Counted from the stretch's first letter, positions 1 to 9,470 are shown. The stretch: 64,000 nt of DNA from Syntrophomonas sp. UBA1368 (GCA_002305965.1 DBRM01000032.1:22043-86042), one strand, 5' to 3'. Notes: generated from the sequence alone by a model not told the origin. A program made the numbers and translations.

Positions 1-1231
1 CAGCCCGGTCAGAGCCTTCAAATCGGTGGGGATGGATCCCTTGTTTATAGAGAAGGCCGCAGGCTGCAGAATATATGATGTAGACCATAATGAATATATT
101 GATTATGTTGGATCCTGGGGGCCTTTGATATTAGGACACAGTCATCCTGAAGTGATTGAAGCCATCATTAAGGCCGCTGAGAAGGGAACGAGTTATGGTA
201 CGCCCTGCCCGGGAGAAGTGGAACTGGCTTCGCTGATCACCGAAGCGATCCCTTCGGTGGAAAAGATCCGTATGGTCAATTCGGGTACGGAAGCTACCAT
301 GAGCGCGATTCGTGTTGCCCGGGCTTATACCGGACGGGATAAGATCGTAAAATTTGCCGGCTGTTATCATGGACATGGGGACAGTTTCCTGGTTCAGGCG
401 GGTTCAGGCATGCTTACGCTCGGCGCTCCCTCCAGCCCTGGTGTGCCGGCAAGTATTGCTCAGCATACCCTGGTGGCTGAATACAATGACTTGGCTTCAG
501 TAGAAAAGATTTTTACTGAAGAAGGGAGAAACATAGCTGCTGTGATTGTTGAACCGGTGGCTGCGAATATGGGCCTGGTGCTGCCCCACCGTGAATTTCT
601 GGCGGGATTGCGTAAAATTACAGAATTGTATGGAAGTGTGCTTATTTTTGATGAAGTGATCACCGGATTCAGAACCTGTTATGGCGGTTTTCAGAATTAC
701 GTTGGTATTACTCCTGATCTCACTACTCTGGGCAAGATCATTGGAGGCGGTTTGCCGGTGGGGGCTTACGGCGGGAAAAAAGAATTAATGGATCTGGTTT
801 CCCCGGTAGGAGATGTGTATCAAGCCGGGACCTTGTCAGGGAACCCGCTGGCCATGGCTGCCGGTGCTGCTACCCTTAAAATCCTGCAGTCCAAAGACTG
901 GTATGAAAGATTGGAAGTGGCAGGATACTTTATGGTTACCAGACTTAAAAAAGTATTTGAAGATGCAGACCGCTTTTATACCATCAACCGTTTGGGCTCT
1001 ATGTTCACGATTTTCTTCAATGAACAGGATGAGACCATTGAAGATTATCAGGCGGTAAAAAGAAGCAATGCGGAAGAATATGGACGGTTTTACCGGCAGC
1101 TGCTGGCTGAAGGAATTTATTTGCCGCCTTCCCAGTTTGAAGTTTGTTTTATTTCCTGTGCCCACGAACTGCAGGATATTGAATTGACTGTCAATGCTTT
1201 TATGAGAGCTTTGGAAAAACTTGATGCATAA
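1..1231 (+). CDS. hemL: Glutamate-1-semialdehyde 2,1-aminomutase, 5'-truncated by the window edge
   Basis: The frame is open from nt 2 and reads SPVRAFKSVGMDPLFIEKAAG..., the conserved HemL N-terminal region. The rest has class-III aminotransferase features and ends at TAA 1229-1231. Confidence 0.93.
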   Translation, partial: SPVRAFKSVGMDPLFIEKAAGCRIYDVDHNEYIDYVGSWGPLILGHSHPEVIEAIIKAAEKGTSYGTPCPGEVELASLITEAIPSVEKIRMVNSGTEATMSAIRVARAYTGRDKIVKFAGCYHGHGDSFLVQAGSGMLTLGAPSSPGVPASIAQHTLVAEYNDLASVEKIFTEEGRNIAAVIVEPVAANMGLVLPHREFLAGLRKITELYGSVLIFDEVITGFRTCYGGFQNYVGITPDLTTLGKIIGGGLPVGAYGGKKELMDLVSPVGDVYQAGTLSGNPLAMAAGAATLKILQSKDWYERLEVAGYFMVTRLKKVFEDADRFYTINRLGSMFTIFFNEQDETIEDYQAVKRSNAEEYGRFYRQLLAEGIYLPPSQFEVCFISCAHELQDIELTVNAFMRALEKLDA

Positions 1232-1575
1232 ATACTGCCGCCTGCCGTTTTATTTCACACAGTTTGGTGATGTATTGAATTTATGATAAAATTGCAGGAA
1301 ATTTACTTGTGCTTGTTTCAGGCTGCGCATAACACTTTATTCGATTACACAATAATAAAGTTTTAATAAATGTAAAAAAGCAGGAAATTTGATCTTGATA
1401 TCGAAAGTTTAATGTTGATACAAAAAACAGCGATTCTTTTATTTCTAATTACAGGCGGTAAACTTGCCGTAGGCAAAAAAGATATAAGCGCTTTCTTGGG
1501 GGTGGTGGGAAGTCGTATTTTCTTTGGGAGTGAGAGGTATGCTCAAAACTAAAAGTTAAAAAAGGAGGAATGAAC

Positions 1576-2331
1576 TTGAAAGTTCTCGTGTGTGTTAAGC
1601 AAACATTTGACACAGAAGCCAAGATTGAATTGAAGGATGGCAAAATTGCTGAGGCTGGTATCAATTTAATCATTAATCCTTATGATGAAGTGGCAGTTGA
1701 AGGTGCCATTCAGCTTAAGGAAAAAAATGTTGTGAATGAAGTCGTTGTTATTTCAGCCGGCGCAGACAAAGCCATGGATGCCATCCGCACAGCACTGGCA
1801 ATGGGTGCTGACAGAGGTATCCTGATCAAACAGGATACTGCAGCTGATGAATATGCAAGAGCTGTTGCACTGGCAGCTGTAATCAAAGAAGAAAATCCCG
1901 AATTGGTATTAGCCGGCCACGTTGCTGCTGACGACGGTTCCTCACAGGTACCCACACGTATTGCAGAGATTCTTGGCTATCCCCATATCAATGTTATCAC
2001 TTCGCTTGAAATTGCGGACGGAAAAGTAACCTGCAGCAGTGAAGCAGACGGTGGTACGCAAGTAACGGAAGTCAGCTTGCCGGCAGTTATTTCCAGCCAG
2101 GTAAGCTGGAATGAGCCTCGTTATCCTTCTATGAAAGGTATCATGCAAGCTAAGAAAAAACCGGTATCAACGGTAGACGCTGTAGCTGCAGACAATAAAA
2201 TTAAAATTGTGGAATATGCGCTTCCAGCTGCTAAACAAGCCGGTATCAAAATCGAAGAAGATCCCGATGTAGCAGCTGCTAAATTAGCAGACTGGATCAT
2301 GAATACTGCGAAAGCTGAAATTAAAAAATAA
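1576..2331 (+). CDS. etfB: Electron transfer flavoprotein beta subunit
   Basis: N-terminus reads (M)KVLVCVKQTFDTEAKI..., typical of EtfB. GGAGG at 1564-1568 is only 1 nt from the ATG at 1570 but 7 nt from the TTG at 1576, so I prefer the TTG start. Confidence 0.9.
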   Translation: MKVLVCVKQTFDTEAKIELKDGKIAEAGINLIINPYDEVAVEGAIQLKEKNVVNEVVVISAGADKAMDAIRTALAMGADRGILIKQDTAADEYARAVALAAVIKEENPELVLAGHVAADDGSSQVPTRIAEILGYPHINVITSLEIADGKVTCSSEADGGTQVTEVSLPAVISSQVSWNEPRYPSMKGIMQAKKKPVSTVDAVAADNKIKIVEYALPAAKQAGIKIEEDPDVAAAKLADWIMNTAKAEIKK

Positions 2332-2362
2332 TTTACTTGAATAGTAAAAAGGAGGGTAATAG

Positions 2363-3316
2363 ATGGCAGGGACATGGGTATTTGTAGAACAAAAAGACGG
2401 TAATATCCGTAAAGTGACCTTTGAAATGCTGGCTGAAGCAAAAAAATTCGGCGATGAAGTTAGTGCGGTTGTATTTGGTAAAGGTGTAGAAGCTTTAGCT
2501 CCCGAATTTGCCAAATACGGAGCCGACAAGGTATATGTAGCTGATGCTGATGTATTTGGTGAATACAATACCGGCGCTTATGTAGCCCAAATGGTGGCTA
2601 TGATTGCTGAGTATAAGCCGAATGCAATTATGTTTGCCCATACTTTTAACGGCAGAGACTTTGCTTCACGGCTGGCTCAGAAGCTGGAGGCAGGATTGGC
2701 CACTGACGTTATAAAAGCAGAAATCAGTGCAGGCAAAGGCTTATTTACCAGAGCAATTTATGCCGGTAAAGTTTTAGCCAAAGTAGAAATAACCACTGAT
2801 CCGATTTTAGCCACAATCCGTGCCGGTGTATTTGAAGTGGTTGAGAGTGCCGGAGCAGGTGCAGTGGTGAAACCTGCTGTAGTTGCTACTGCGGCTGATG
2901 TATATCAGACCATCAAAGATTTTAAACCGACAGTATCAGCCCGTCCGGAACTGACTGAAGCTCCGGTTGTGGTATCTGGCGGACGCGGATGTAAAGGTCC
3001 TGAAGGCATCAAAGTTGTGGAACAGCTGGCCGATCTGTTGGGCGCTGCCCTGGGCGGTTCCAGAGCATCCATAGACTCCGGATGGCTGGGACACGAACTG
3101 CAGGTTGGACAAACCGGAAAAGTTGTTAACCCCAATCTGTATATTGCCTGTGGTATTTCAGGAGCTATCCAGCATCTGGCTGGAATGTCTTCCTCGAAAT
3201 TCATTGCCTGCATCAACACTGATCCTGAAGCACCGATATTTAATGTTTCAGACTTTGGTGTAGTTGGAGACTTATTTAAAGTAATACCTCTTACAGTTGA
3301 TGAATTAAAGAAATAG
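2363..3316 (+). CDS. etfA: Electron transfer flavoprotein alpha subunit
   Basis: 317 aa with the EtfA C-terminal FAD-binding region (GISGAIQHLAGM). A strong RBS (AAGGAGGG) lies upstream and the gene is adjacent to etfB. Confidence 0.93.
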   Translation: MAGTWVFVEQKDGNIRKVTFEMLAEAKKFGDEVSAVVFGKGVEALAPEFAKYGADKVYVADADVFGEYNTGAYVAQMVAMIAEYKPNAIMFAHTFNGRDFASRLAQKLEAGLATDVIKAEISAGKGLFTRAIYAGKVLAKVEITTDPILATIRAGVFEVVESAGAGAVVKPAVVATAADVYQTIKDFKPTVSARPELTEAPVVVSGGRGCKGPEGIKVVEQLADLLGAALGGSRASIDSGWLGHELQVGQTGKVVNPNLYIACGISGAIQHLAGMSSSKFIACINTDPEAPIFNVSDFGVVGDLFKVIPLTVDELKK

Positions 3317-3337
3317 CAGCTAATGGGGGAATGGGGA

Positions 3338-3368
3338 CACGGGATATATGCATTTCATATATCCCGTG
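3338..3368 (+). other. Intercistronic perfect stem-loop (13 bp stem, 5 nt loop) between etfA and the FeS oxidoreductase, with no U-tract
   Basis: CACGGGATATATG-CATTT-CATATATCCCGTG, read directly from the sequence. It is followed by ACAACC, not a T-run. Confidence 0.6.
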
Positions 3369-3407
3369 ACAACCTCTAGGTGTTGATAGAGGAGGGAATA
3401 AGATAAT

Positions 3408-5552
3408 ATGTATTTTGGATTTACCGAGCTGCAAGGCGGTTACGATGTCCCAATGCGTATCGTAGGTGCAAACGTGCCCTACGAATGGCTGATCTATATC
3501 ATAATGTTTATCCCCATTACAATTTTTCTTTATGGTGCATGGCAAAGGATCAAATTATGGCTGCTGGCAAAAGGTGAGCAGCACCGCAATGACAATCTCG
3601 GCCAGCGGTTTTTATCCTGGTTTACTTTTACCTTTGCTCAGGCAAGGGTCATAAGAAAACCTTTTGCCGGTTTTATGCATTTCCTGCTTTTCTGGGGATT
3701 TGTTGTCCTGGCGATTGCTGCAGGTGTCGATGCAGCCCATTTTTGGCTTGGCTGGCCTCATATTGAAGGGGCATCCTACATCTGGTTTTCATGGGTGGTT
3801 GATTGGCTCGGATTTTTGGGTTTGATCGGCATTATAGCTTTAGCCATCGTTCGTTATATACAAAAACCGGACCGGCTCAATGATACGAAAGTATCAGATG
3901 GGTGGGTCATTTTATTGGTATTCACCATATTACTGACAGGTTTTGTCATTGAAGGATTAAGGATCAGTGCTCAAATTACGATGTCCAGCACGATGCAGCA
4001 AATTGCCTATGAAAGATCCGCCTCTCCTTTTGGCTGGCTGTTTGCTTATCCATTCCTGAATGTTTCTCTTGATTCAGTACTCATATGGCACCGTATACTT
4101 TGGTGGTTCCATATGGCCATCGCATTCTTGCTGATTGCTCTGGTTCCTTTTACCAAACTGTGGCATATAGTGACCGGTATGCTGAATTATTTCTTCCGCG
4201 ATTTGGGACCTTCTGCGGTTCCTATGGTTTACAACATTGAGGAAGCAGAAACCTTTGGCGTAGAAAATATCGAAGATTTCGGATGGAAAGACTTATTGGA
4301 TTTGGATGCCTGTATCAGATGCGGCAGATGTCAGGAAAACTGCCCGGCCTATAATACTGGCAAAGCACTAAATCCGAAGATCACGATCATCCAGAATATG
4401 AAGAAACATCTGGAAGCCAAAGCTCCTTATTTGCTGGAAGCAAAAGCTGCAGGTGAACATGAGGCAGCAGAAGTGGCGATGACCAGCGAGGCAGCTGAAG
4501 CAGTGGAAGAAGTCAATCCCATGGAACAAAGTTTGATCTATGATATCGTTACCACCGAGGTAATTTGGGATTGCACCAACTGCCGTGCCTGTATGGAACA
4601 TTGTCCGATGTTTATCGAGCACATTCCCAAGATCGTTGAAATGCGCCGCAACCTGGTTATGTGGCAGGGAGACATGCCCAGTGAAGCACAAATGGCCTTT
4701 ACCAATATGGAGAGAAATTATAATCCATGGGGAGTTGGCTTTGCGAACCGGGCAGATTGGTTGAATGAGAGAGGTATTCGGGAACTGGTTAATCTGGTTC
4801 CGGAAGATGGTAAAGAATTTGAATACCTTCTCTATGCCGGATGTGCGGTTTCCTTTGACGACCGTTACAAGAAGGTCGGTGAAGCACTGGTAAGATTGCT
4901 GGATAAAGCCGGTGTAAGTTTCGGCTATCTGGGTACGGAGGAATACTGCTGCGGTGATTCCGCCAGAAGACTTGGGAATGAATACCTGTATCAGACATTG
5001 GTTCAGTCCAATTTGGATTCATTCAATAATTATGGGGTCAAGAAGATCATCGTTGTATGTCCTCATGGTTATAATGCACTAAAAAATGAGTACCCGCAGA
5101 TGGGTGGTAATTTTGAAGTATATCATTATACAGAAATACTGGCTAAACTGGTTGCAGAAGGCAAACTAAAAGCTGACAAGGCGCTGGGAGCCAAGATCAC
5201 TTACCACGATTCCTGCTTCCTGGGCAGACACAACAAGATTTATGATCAGCCCAGACAAGTGCTTAAAGCCGCAGGGACCAATCTGGTGGAAATCGAAAAA
5301 GGCAAAAACTTTGGATTCTGCTGCGGCGCCGGCGGCGGACGTATGTGGCTGGAAGAACATGCAGTGGAAGGTTACAAACGTATCAATGATACCCGTACTG
5401 ACCAACTGTTGGTGCCTGAACCGGAAATGATCGTCACCAACTGCCCGTTCTGTCTGACCATGATTTCCGATGGTGTCAAAGGTGCGGAAGCGGAAGAAAA
5501 GACCAAAGTCTTTGATGTTGCTGAAGTATTATGGAAATCCATGAGTAATTAA
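3408..5552 (+). CDS. Membrane-bound FeS oxidoreductase. N-terminal multi-TM domain, two 4Fe-4S ferredoxin motifs and two CCG cysteine-rich domains (HdrD/GlpC-like). Putative EtfAB:quinone oxidoreductase.
   Basis: Hydrophobic N-terminal ~270 aa. Motifs CIRCGRCQENCP and CTNCRACMEHCP, plus CCG-type motifs (EEYCCGD, FGFCCGAGGG). Lies directly downstream of etfBA. Confidence 0.88.
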   Translation: MYFGFTELQGGYDVPMRIVGANVPYEWLIYIIMFIPITIFLYGAWQRIKLWLLAKGEQHRNDNLGQRFLSWFTFTFAQARVIRKPFAGFMHFLLFWGFVVLAIAAGVDAAHFWLGWPHIEGASYIWFSWVVDWLGFLGLIGIIALAIVRYIQKPDRLNDTKVSDGWVILLVFTILLTGFVIEGLRISAQITMSSTMQQIAYERSASPFGWLFAYPFLNVSLDSVLIWHRILWWFHMAIAFLLIALVPFTKLWHIVTGMLNYFFRDLGPSAVPMVYNIEEAETFGVENIEDFGWKDLLDLDACIRCGRCQENCPAYNTGKALNPKITIIQNMKKHLEAKAPYLLEAKAAGEHEAAEVAMTSEAAEAVEEVNPMEQSLIYDIVTTEVIWDCTNCRACMEHCPMFIEHIPKIVEMRRNLVMWQGDMPSEAQMAFTNMERNYNPWGVGFANRADWLNERGIRELVNLVPEDGKEFEYLLYAGCAVSFDDRYKKVGEALVRLLDKAGVSFGYLGTEEYCCGDSARRLGNEYLYQTLVQSNLDSFNNYGVKKIIVVCPHGYNALKNEYPQMGGNFEVYHYTEILAKLVAEGKLKADKALGAKITYHDSCFLGRHNKIYDQPRQVLKAAGTNLVEIEKGKNFGFCCGAGGGRMWLEEHAVEGYKRINDTRTDQLLVPEPEMIVTNCPFCLTMISDGVKGAEAEEKTKVFDVAEVLWKSMSN

Positions 5553-5565
5553 TAACAGTTCTCAA

Positions 5566-5602
5566 ACAGAGCCTGTTTTGCTGGACAGGCTCTGTTTTTT
5601 TT
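5566..5602 (+). terminator. Rho-independent terminator of the etf operon
   Basis: ACAGAGCCTGT / ACAGGCTCTGT stem followed by T8. Confidence 0.85.
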
Positions 5603-5628
5603 GGATATCCCTCCCGGATAAATTCGTC

Positions 5629-5657
5629 TTGACATTGATATGATCTTGTGGTTAGAT
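5629..5657 (+). promoter_or_regulatory. Candidate sigma-A promoter for the T-box leader
   Basis: TTGACA (5629-5634), 17-nt spacer, TTAGAT (5652-5657). Confidence 0.45.
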
Positions 5658-5667
5658 TCTTTTATAA

Positions 5668-5933
5668 CCGGTGAAGAGGAAGTAAAACCACAGACCAACC
5701 TCATAGAGAATCAGGAATGGTGGGATCCTGACAGGATATGGAGTGGATAAATGGGCCTCGGAGGGCGGAGTGAAAAGTTCCGGCTTAGTAGCTGCCGACG
5801 CAAAGCCAGCGTTAGAGGGCTAAGGGTGTGATAGCACTCTGCATGAGAGGATGCTCATAACAGCATCAATTAAGGTGGTACCGCAGGTTTTGCACCTGTC
5901 CTTAAACCAAGAGGACAGGTGCTTTTGTTTTTT
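5668..5933 (+). promoter_or_regulatory. T-box riboswitch leader with specifier UGG (Trp) and a terminator
   Basis: GA/AGUA-box region GGTGAAGAGGAAGTA. AGAGA box at 5704-5708. Specifier TGG at 5752-5754 followed by a purine and CCTCGGAG. T-box AATTAAGGTGGTACCGCAG at 5869-5887. Terminator GCACCTGTCCT/AGGACAGGTGC followed by a T-run ending at 5933. Confidence 0.88.
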
Positions 5934-6027
5934 CACCTCCTTATAACTGCATTCATGATCAGGCGGGGAATGCAGTTGTGCAGAGCAGACAGCACCGCAA
6001 ATCAAAATTTGGGGAGGAATTGGTAAA

Positions 6028-7029
6028 ATGAAAAAAATCTTGGTTTTGGTTCTGACTCTGGTGATGATTTTTACTGCAGCGGGATGTTCAAGCAGTAAAG
6101 ATCAGGAATCTCGGGTTGGCCCAGGCGAAAAAGGAGAAGCTAAAGTTACTGTCGGTATCGTCCAGATCGTTGAACATCCCTCTTTAAACACGATTCGGGA
6201 AGCTTGTGTGGAACAACTGGCTGCAAAAGGATTTAAAGAAGGCGATAATTTAGTTATCGATTATCAGAATGCACAGAATGATCAGACTAATTTGAAGACC
6301 ATCTGTCAAAAATTCGCAGTCAATAATTACGATTTAATCATTGCGATTGCTACTCCTTCAGCCCAGGCGGCAGCAGGAGAAACGAAAACGATCCCCATCG
6401 TTTTCGCTGCGTGCACAGATCCTCTGGGATCCGGACTGGTTACTGACCTGGATCATCCTGGAGGAAATATCACCGGAACTTCTGATGCGGTTTCTGCCGA
6501 AAAAATTATGGAACTGGCAAAACGAATCACACCGGATATTAAAACCGTTGGGGCTTTATACTCTTCCAGCGAAACCAATTCCATAGCAGTAATCGAAAAT
6601 CTGAAAGCCTATGCGAAGGAGAACGGCATGACGGTTATAGACGCAACGGTTACCAATTCGTCAGAAGTGCAGCAGGCGGCTTCCGTTTTGACCGGTAAAG
6701 CGGATTGCATCTTTTCACCGATCGACAATACAGTAGCATCTGCGATGCCTATCGTAGCTCAGGTAGCCAATAAAGCCAAAACCCCTGTTTATGTAGGTGC
6801 TGATTCCATGGTGAAGGACGGAGGTCTTGCAACATACGGAATCAATTATGTTATACTGGGACAGGAAACCGCCGATATGGCTGCAGAAATATTAAATGGA
6901 AAGAACCCTGGCGATATCCCTGTCCGTACCATGAGCGAAATGGACATCTATTTGAATCAAGCCACTGCAGATGCAATAGGAATTACCATTCCTGAAGATG
7001 TACGGGCGGAAGCAAAAGAAATATTTTAG
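6028..7029 (+). CDS. ABC transporter substrate-binding lipoprotein (ABC_sub_bind / COG2984 family, TrpX-like)
   Basis: Signal peptide with lipobox (FTAAGC). Family-typical sequence (VGIVQIVEHPSLN...). Followed by a cognate permease and ATPase. Confidence 0.88.
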   Translation: MKKILVLVLTLVMIFTAAGCSSSKDQESRVGPGEKGEAKVTVGIVQIVEHPSLNTIREACVEQLAAKGFKEGDNLVIDYQNAQNDQTNLKTICQKFAVNNYDLIIAIATPSAQAAAGETKTIPIVFAACTDPLGSGLVTDLDHPGGNITGTSDAVSAEKIMELAKRITPDIKTVGALYSSSETNSIAVIENLKAYAKENGMTVIDATVTNSSEVQQAASVLTGKADCIFSPIDNTVASAMPIVAQVANKAKTPVYVGADSMVKDGGLATYGINYVILGQETADMAAEILNGKNPGDIPVRTMSEMDIYLNQATADAIGITIPEDVRAEAKEIF

Positions 7030-7057
7030 TATTTAATGGTTTGGAGTATTTAATGCA

Positions 7058-7981
7058 ATGAATGTACAGGTTTTGTTCGGTTCAATTGAATTAGGAATGA
7101 TCTATGCGATCATGGCTTTAGGAGTATTTATCTCCTTTCGTACACTGAATATGCCAGACCTGACCGTTGACGGCAGCTTTGTTTTAGGAGCTGCCGTCTC
7201 GGCGGTTATGTGTACCAGCGGACATCCCCAGGCAGCTCTGGGGACCGCATTCCTGGCCGGATGTATTGCCGGCAGCTGTACGGCGCTTTTGCATACCAAG
7301 CTCAAAATCCAGCCGCTTTTAGCGGGGATTCTGGTCATGCTGGGCTTATGGTCCGTTAATCTGCGGGTGATGGCAGGTAAAGCAAATATCCCGTTGATCA
7401 ACAAGACTACCGTTTTCAACCTGCTGGATGGAACTGCCCTGGAGACTTATGCAACCATGATCATCCCGGCCGCCATAATCATTATCCTTATGCTGCTGCT
7501 ATATTATTTTTTGAAAACAGAGCTGGGGTTAGTCATTCGGGCCACTGGAGACAATGAACAGATGGTCCGGGCCCTGGGGTGCAACACTGATTGGACGATA
7601 CTGATTGGTCTGGCAGTAGCCAACGGTTTGGTTGCTTTATCAGGAGCAATGATCGCCCAATATCAGTCCTTCGCAGATATAACGATGGGGACCGGTATGG
7701 TTATAATCGGGCTGGCTTCCGTCATTATCGGAGAAGTGCTGTTTGGCATCAAATCATTGATGCGCCGTCTGATTGCAGTGGTCCTGGGCGCCATGCTTTA
7801 CCGGCTGGTCATAGCGGCAGCCTATCAATTGGGTATGTCCCCCAATGACTTCAAACTGGTTTCAGCCCTGATCGTGGCACTGGCTTTGTCCATGCCGGTC
7901 ATCAAGGAACGCTACCAGATTTGGAAAAAAAGAAGAGAAAACCATGCCAATCATCTGGGGGAGGAAAGAAAAAATGCTTAA
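7058..7981 (+). CDS. ABC transporter permease (COG4120 family, TrpY-like)
   Basis: 307 aa, multi-TM hydrophobic protein between the binding protein and the ATPase. Confidence 0.85.
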   Translation: MNVQVLFGSIELGMIYAIMALGVFISFRTLNMPDLTVDGSFVLGAAVSAVMCTSGHPQAALGTAFLAGCIAGSCTALLHTKLKIQPLLAGILVMLGLWSVNLRVMAGKANIPLINKTTVFNLLDGTALETYATMIIPAAIIIILMLLLYYFLKTELGLVIRATGDNEQMVRALGCNTDWTILIGLAVANGLVALSGAMIAQYQSFADITMGTGMVIIGLASVIIGEVLFGIKSLMRRLIAVVLGAMLYRLVIAAAYQLGMSPNDFKLVSALIVALALSMPVIKERYQIWKKRRENHANHLGEERKNA

Positions 7982-8768
7982 AATAGAAACTATAACGAAA
8001 ATCTTCTCTCCCGGCAGTATCAACGAAAAAAAAGCCATTGATAATCTAAGTCTCACTCTTGACAAGGGAGAATTTGTTACCGTGATCGGCGGCAATGGTG
8101 CAGGCAAGTCTACATTATTAAACTGCATCGCCGGGGTGTTGGAAACAGACAGCGGAAAAATCTATTTAGGCGGAGAAGATATTACCTACATGCCGGAATA
8201 TAAACGCTCCAGGTATATTGGGCGGGTCTTTCAGGATCCGTTGTTGGGAACTGCTTTTGACATGACCATTGAAGAGAATCTGGCCATTGCATACAGTAAA
8301 GCCAAAACCAGAGGGTTGGCACCTGGTATCCGAAAATCGCAGAGTAAATTATTCCGGGAAAAACTTGCCCGCCTGGGATTAGGCCTGGAAAATCGCATAC
8401 AACAAAAGGTCGGTTTGCTTTCCGGCGGACAACGTCAGGCTTTGACACTGCTGCTGGCAACGATTGTAAAACCTGAATTATTATTGCTGGATGAACATAC
8501 GGCAGCCCTTGATCCTGCAGCATCCAGGCAGGTGATGGACCTTACCCGCCAATTGATTATGGAGCACCAACTAACGACCATCATGGTTACACATAATATG
8601 AAAAATGCATTGGAGTTTGGCAGCCGCACCATTATGATGCATGAAGGGCGAATTATTCTTGATTTACAGGGAAGAGAAAGGACCGAGATGACGGTAGAAA
8701 AACTGATCGAGCATTTCAGCCGCAAGAGCGGAGAAGTCCTGGATAATGACCGCCTATTGCTTATTTAG
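7974..8768 (+). CDS. ABC transporter ATP-binding protein (COG1101 family, TrpZ-like)
   Basis: Walker A GGNGAGKST, signature LSGGQRQ, Walker B LLLLDEHTAALD. I prefer the start at ATG 7974 (MLKIETI), which follows GGGGAGGAAAG and overlaps the permease stop. Confidence 0.9.
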   Translation: MLKIETITKIFSPGSINEKKAIDNLSLTLDKGEFVTVIGGNGAGKSTLLNCIAGVLETDSGKIYLGGEDITYMPEYKRSRYIGRVFQDPLLGTAFDMTIEENLAIAYSKAKTRGLAPGIRKSQSKLFREKLARLGLGLENRIQQKVGLLSGGQRQALTLLLATIVKPELLLLDEHTAALDPAASRQVMDLTRQLIMEHQLTTIMVTHNMKNALEFGSRTIMMHEGRIILDLQGRERTEMTVEKLIEHFSRKSGEVLDNDRLLLI

Positions 8769-8938
8769 CTGCTTTTGAGAGGTTCTCATTCATTACTGCA
8801 ATATATTAAGGTAAAATAAAGAAAAAGAGCCTAATAAATCAGGTAAAATCTGATTTCACGGCAGGAAATCAGCATTATTAAGCGAATAAGACAAAAAACC
8901 GATTAAAATATTTTCGAAACAAGGGGCGTAAGAAAAGA

Positions 8939-9421
8939 ATGCGTATAGCAGTATATCCAGGCAGTTTTGATCCGGTCACCAACGGGCACATTGATATACT
9001 TAACAAAACCAGTAAACTTTTTGATAAGATTATCGTGGCCGTAGTGCATAATGTAACCAAAACAGCATTATTCAGTCTGGAAGAAAGAAGCCGTATGATT
9101 ATTGAAAGTACCAGGCATCTTGATAATATTGAGGTGGAATGTTTTAACGGTTTATTGGCTGATTTTGTCACCGGCAAAGATGCCTGTGCGATCATCAGGG
9201 GTCTTCGCACGGTCAACGATTTTGAATACGAAATGCATATGGCGTGGTACAATAAGATATTTGTACCGGATGTCGAAACGATTTTTGTCATCTCCAACAG
9301 CAACAATATATTTGTCAGTTCCAGCGGAGTCAAGGAAGCTGCTTTATTAGGCGGCGATGTCAGTTCCCTGGTTCCGCCGGTGGTGAAAAAGGGACTGGAG
9401 CATAAATTAAGCAAACTATAA
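8939..9421 (+). CDS. coaD: Phosphopantetheine adenylyltransferase
   Basis: MRIAVYPGSFDPVTNGHIDI..., the canonical PPAT N-terminus. 160 aa. Confidence 0.95.
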   Translation: MRIAVYPGSFDPVTNGHIDILNKTSKLFDKIIVAVVHNVTKTALFSLEERSRMIIESTRHLDNIEVECFNGLLADFVTGKDACAIIRGLRTVNDFEYEMHMAWYNKIFVPDVETIFVISNSNNIFVSSSGVKEAALLGGDVSSLVPPVVKKGLEHKLSKL

Positions 9422-9443
9422 GATACAATAAAATAAGCTTGTG

Positions 9444-9470
9444 AAAAGGAAAGCTGCGCTTTCTTTTTTT
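9444..9470. terminator. Short hairpin flanked by an A-run and a T-run between the convergent coaD and the LbH gene
   Basis: GAAAGC-TGC-GCTTTC followed by T7, preceded by AAAA. Confidence 0.5.

Noticed and set aside
1449-1673. 74-aa minus-strand ORF overlapping the etfB start
   Set aside because: It is antisense to the etfB RBS and N-terminus, and shows no coding features.
5820-6005. 61-aa minus-strand ORF upstream of the ABC transporter
   Set aside because: It overlaps the T-box, antiterminator and terminator, so the region is an RNA leader. The same reasoning applies to ORF 36687..36890, which overlaps the Moco-like element and the nuoE-like start.
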